From an uncultured delta proteobacterium (GTDB lineage: Bacteria > Myxococcota_A > Polyangia > Polyangiales > Polyangiaceae): 64,000 nucleotides of DNA. Where the stretch lies: the NCBI GenBank assembly GCA_963841435.1, contig CAWJCS010000002.1:96001-160000 (forward strand), given 5' to 3'. The number at the start of each line of letters is the position of its first letter. The stretch's first letter is position 1. The notes beneath the pieces were generated by a model that was given only the letters and a program-made list of their open reading frames with translations, was not told the origin of the DNA and did no database searches. The position numbers and the translations under genes were made by a program. This document shows, in pieces, positions 62,264 to 64,000 of the stretch.

Positions 62264-62935
62264 ATGTCTGAGCGTCCTCCAAATCCAGGCCGACGCGAGC
62301 GGAAACGGCTCGAAACGCGGGGAAAAGTGCTGCGTTCCGCCACGGCGCTGTTCGCCGAGAAGGGCTACCAAAAGACCACGATGGAGGACGTCGCGGCCCG
62401 CGCCGACGTGGGGGTTGGCACCCTGTACAACTACTTTTCCTCGAAGGAGGGGCTCCTGCTCGCGGTCTTCGAGGACGCGACGGAGCCTTTGCTCACGCAG
62501 GCCCAGGCGGTGGTGGCGGAGCCAGGCACGGACGCTGAGGGGGCACTGCTCGGCTTGCTCGAGACGTTCGAGCCGCTCGCGACCTTGTTCGACAAGGCGG
62601 TGCTGCGCGAGATGCTCGCCGCCGCGATGCTTCAGCCTGCCGACCAGGTGGAACAGTTCGCGACGCTCGACGCCAAGCTCGCCGCGAGCATCGCGGAGCT
62701 CTTGTCCAAGCTCGCCGAACGCGGTGCGATCACGCGTGACCTCGACCTGGAAGCGGCCGCCATGGCCCTCTACGGTGCGCTCACCATTTCCACGCTGCTC
62801 TATCTCAGCGTGAGCGACATGGACCAAGGGGCCTTGCGCGAAATGGTTCGCCGGCAGGTCGCTGTCCTCTACGCGGGCCTCGCACCCGCACGCGCGCCGG
62901 AGCGTTCGCCCGACGCCAGAAAGAACGAGAAATGA
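62264..62935 (+). CDS. TetR/AcrR family transcriptional regulator
   Basis: RRERKRLETR...LFAEKGYQKTTMEDVAARADVGVGTLYNYFSSKEGLL HTH. Confidence 0.95.
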   Translation: MSERPPNPGRRERKRLETRGKVLRSATALFAEKGYQKTTMEDVAARADVGVGTLYNYFSSKEGLLLAVFEDATEPLLTQAQAVVAEPGTDAEGALLGLLETFEPLATLFDKAVLREMLAAAMLQPADQVEQFATLDAKLAASIAELLSKLAERGAITRDLDLEAAAMALYGALTISTLLYLSVSDMDQGALREMVRRQVAVLYAGLAPARAPERSPDARKNEK

Positions 62936-63735
62936 CACCAGCTCGCTTTCGGGTACGGCGGGGCATCGTGCTCGCCTTTCTCGGGTTTCCGCTCGTCGCC
63001 GTGATGCCGCGCACCGCGCATGCCGACGAGCTGACGAGCCTCATCGATCGGGCCGACCAGGCTTTTCGTGGCAAAACGAGCGCCGCGGTGCTCAGCATGG
63101 ACGTCAAGACAGAGCGGTACTCGCGTCACTACAAGCTCGTCATCTGGGACGATGCGCGGGGAAAAGACAAGACGCTCGTGAAAATCCTCGGACCTACGTC
63201 GTTCCGGGGCTTTGCGACGCTCAAGGTCGGCAACCAGCTCAAGCTCTACGACCCGAAGACCAACCACGTGCAGGTGGTCGGCAGCTCGATGCTCGCCGAC
63301 AGCTGGATGGGCAGCCATTTCTCGAACGACGACCTCGTCAAGGAAACCCGACTCGCCTACGACTACGCCGCAACGCTCGTCGAGAAGCACGGCGGCAAGG
63401 ACGCCGCCGGGCGACCGGCGACGATCTATCGCATCAAGCTGCTTCCGAAACCGACGGCGCCCGTGGTGTGGGGGCGAATCGAGTTCGAGCTCTCCGACGG
63501 GGGAGGCAAGGTCATGCCGATCAAGAGCACGTACTTCACGCGCGCGGCCGATCAGAAGCCGGCGCGCGCGCTGACGTTCTCCGTGCCCAAGGAGCTCGGC
63601 GGTCGGCTCGTGCCGACCGTCCTCGAGGTGCGCGTCGCCGACAAGCCGGGGGAGTACACGCGCCTCACGTACGAGGAGCTCCGCTTCGACATCGCTATCC
63701 CCGAGAGCAAGTTCACCGAGCAGGCGCTGCGCTGA
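62932..63735 (+). CDS. Outer-membrane lipoprotein-sorting (LolA-like) protein
   Basis: Signal peptide (TAHA-DE), SWMGSHFSNDDL, FTEQALR terminus; followed by an ABC permease. Confidence 0.85.
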   Translation: MTPARFRVRRGIVLAFLGFPLVAVMPRTAHADELTSLIDRADQAFRGKTSAAVLSMDVKTERYSRHYKLVIWDDARGKDKTLVKILGPTSFRGFATLKVGNQLKLYDPKTNHVQVVGSSMLADSWMGSHFSNDDLVKETRLAYDYAATLVEKHGGKDAAGRPATIYRIKLLPKPTAPVVWGRIEFELSDGGGKVMPIKSTYFTRAADQKPARALTFSVPKELGGRLVPTVLEVRVADKPGEYTRLTYEELRFDIAIPESKFTEQALR

Positions 63736-63751
63736 AGGCCGGAGAGACCCG

Positions 63752-64000
63752 ATGCTGCTCACTGAGCTTGCCTTCCGAAATCTCGGTCGCAACCTGCGAC
63801 GCTCGCTCATCACGGGCTTCGGGCTCGCGCTGAGCACGGCGCTCTGCGTCGCCTACTACGCCGTCGCCGACGGCATGAACGCCGAGCTCGTGCATTCGCT
63901 CACGCGCTTCGACCTCGGTCACCTGCAGGTGCACGCTCGCGGATGGGGCAAGGGACAGCGGCTCGACGCGATGCTGCCCGAGCCCGAGCGCGAGCTCGCC
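63752..64000 (+). CDS. ABC transporter permease (FtsX/MacB/LolE type), 3'-partial
   Basis: MLLTELAFRNLGRNLRRSLITG + TM + DLGHLQVH; not listed in the ORF track because it has no stop within the window. Confidence 0.85.
   Translation, partial: MLLTELAFRNLGRNLRRSLITGFGLALSTALCVAYYAVADGMNAELVHSLTRFDLGHLQVHARGWGKGQRLDAMLPEPERELA

Overview
GC-rich bacterial genomic window, densely coding, most likely from Myxococcota (Polyangiales/Polyangiaceae-like). That placement is inferred from the eukaryote-like Ser/Thr kinases, Cys-rich lipoproteins, PEGA/TPR proteins, DUF1592/DUF1552 pair and ccsA-hemA-hemC arrangement. Housekeeping-type genes include glyA, an Lhr helicase, glutathione peroxidase, purU, two ABC-F ATPases, pssA, hemA, hemC, gcvPB, OsmC, an aldo/keto reductase, ACBP and TPMT. 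Two regions stand out. (1) A ~8.8 kb cluster (50.9-59.7 kb) encodes a NapC/NirT quinol dehydrogenase, a putative outer-membrane beta-barrel and four multiheme c-type lipoproteins (about 6, 27, 15 and 12 heme motifs, one with a collagen-like stalk). It looks like a complete porin-cytochrome trans-envelope electron conduit. (2) A bacterial histone-fold protein is fused to an N-terminal Cys/His zinc finger (48815-49348) and is hidden at the end of a shadow ORF in the track. Several genes carry single-base +1 frameshifts. Five of these fall on or beside GACGTC, which points to motif-linked (possibly methylation-linked) sequencing errors rather than pseudogenes. I recognised no rRNA, tRNA, CRISPR array or mobile element. 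All calls come from motif recognition by eye; no database search was run.
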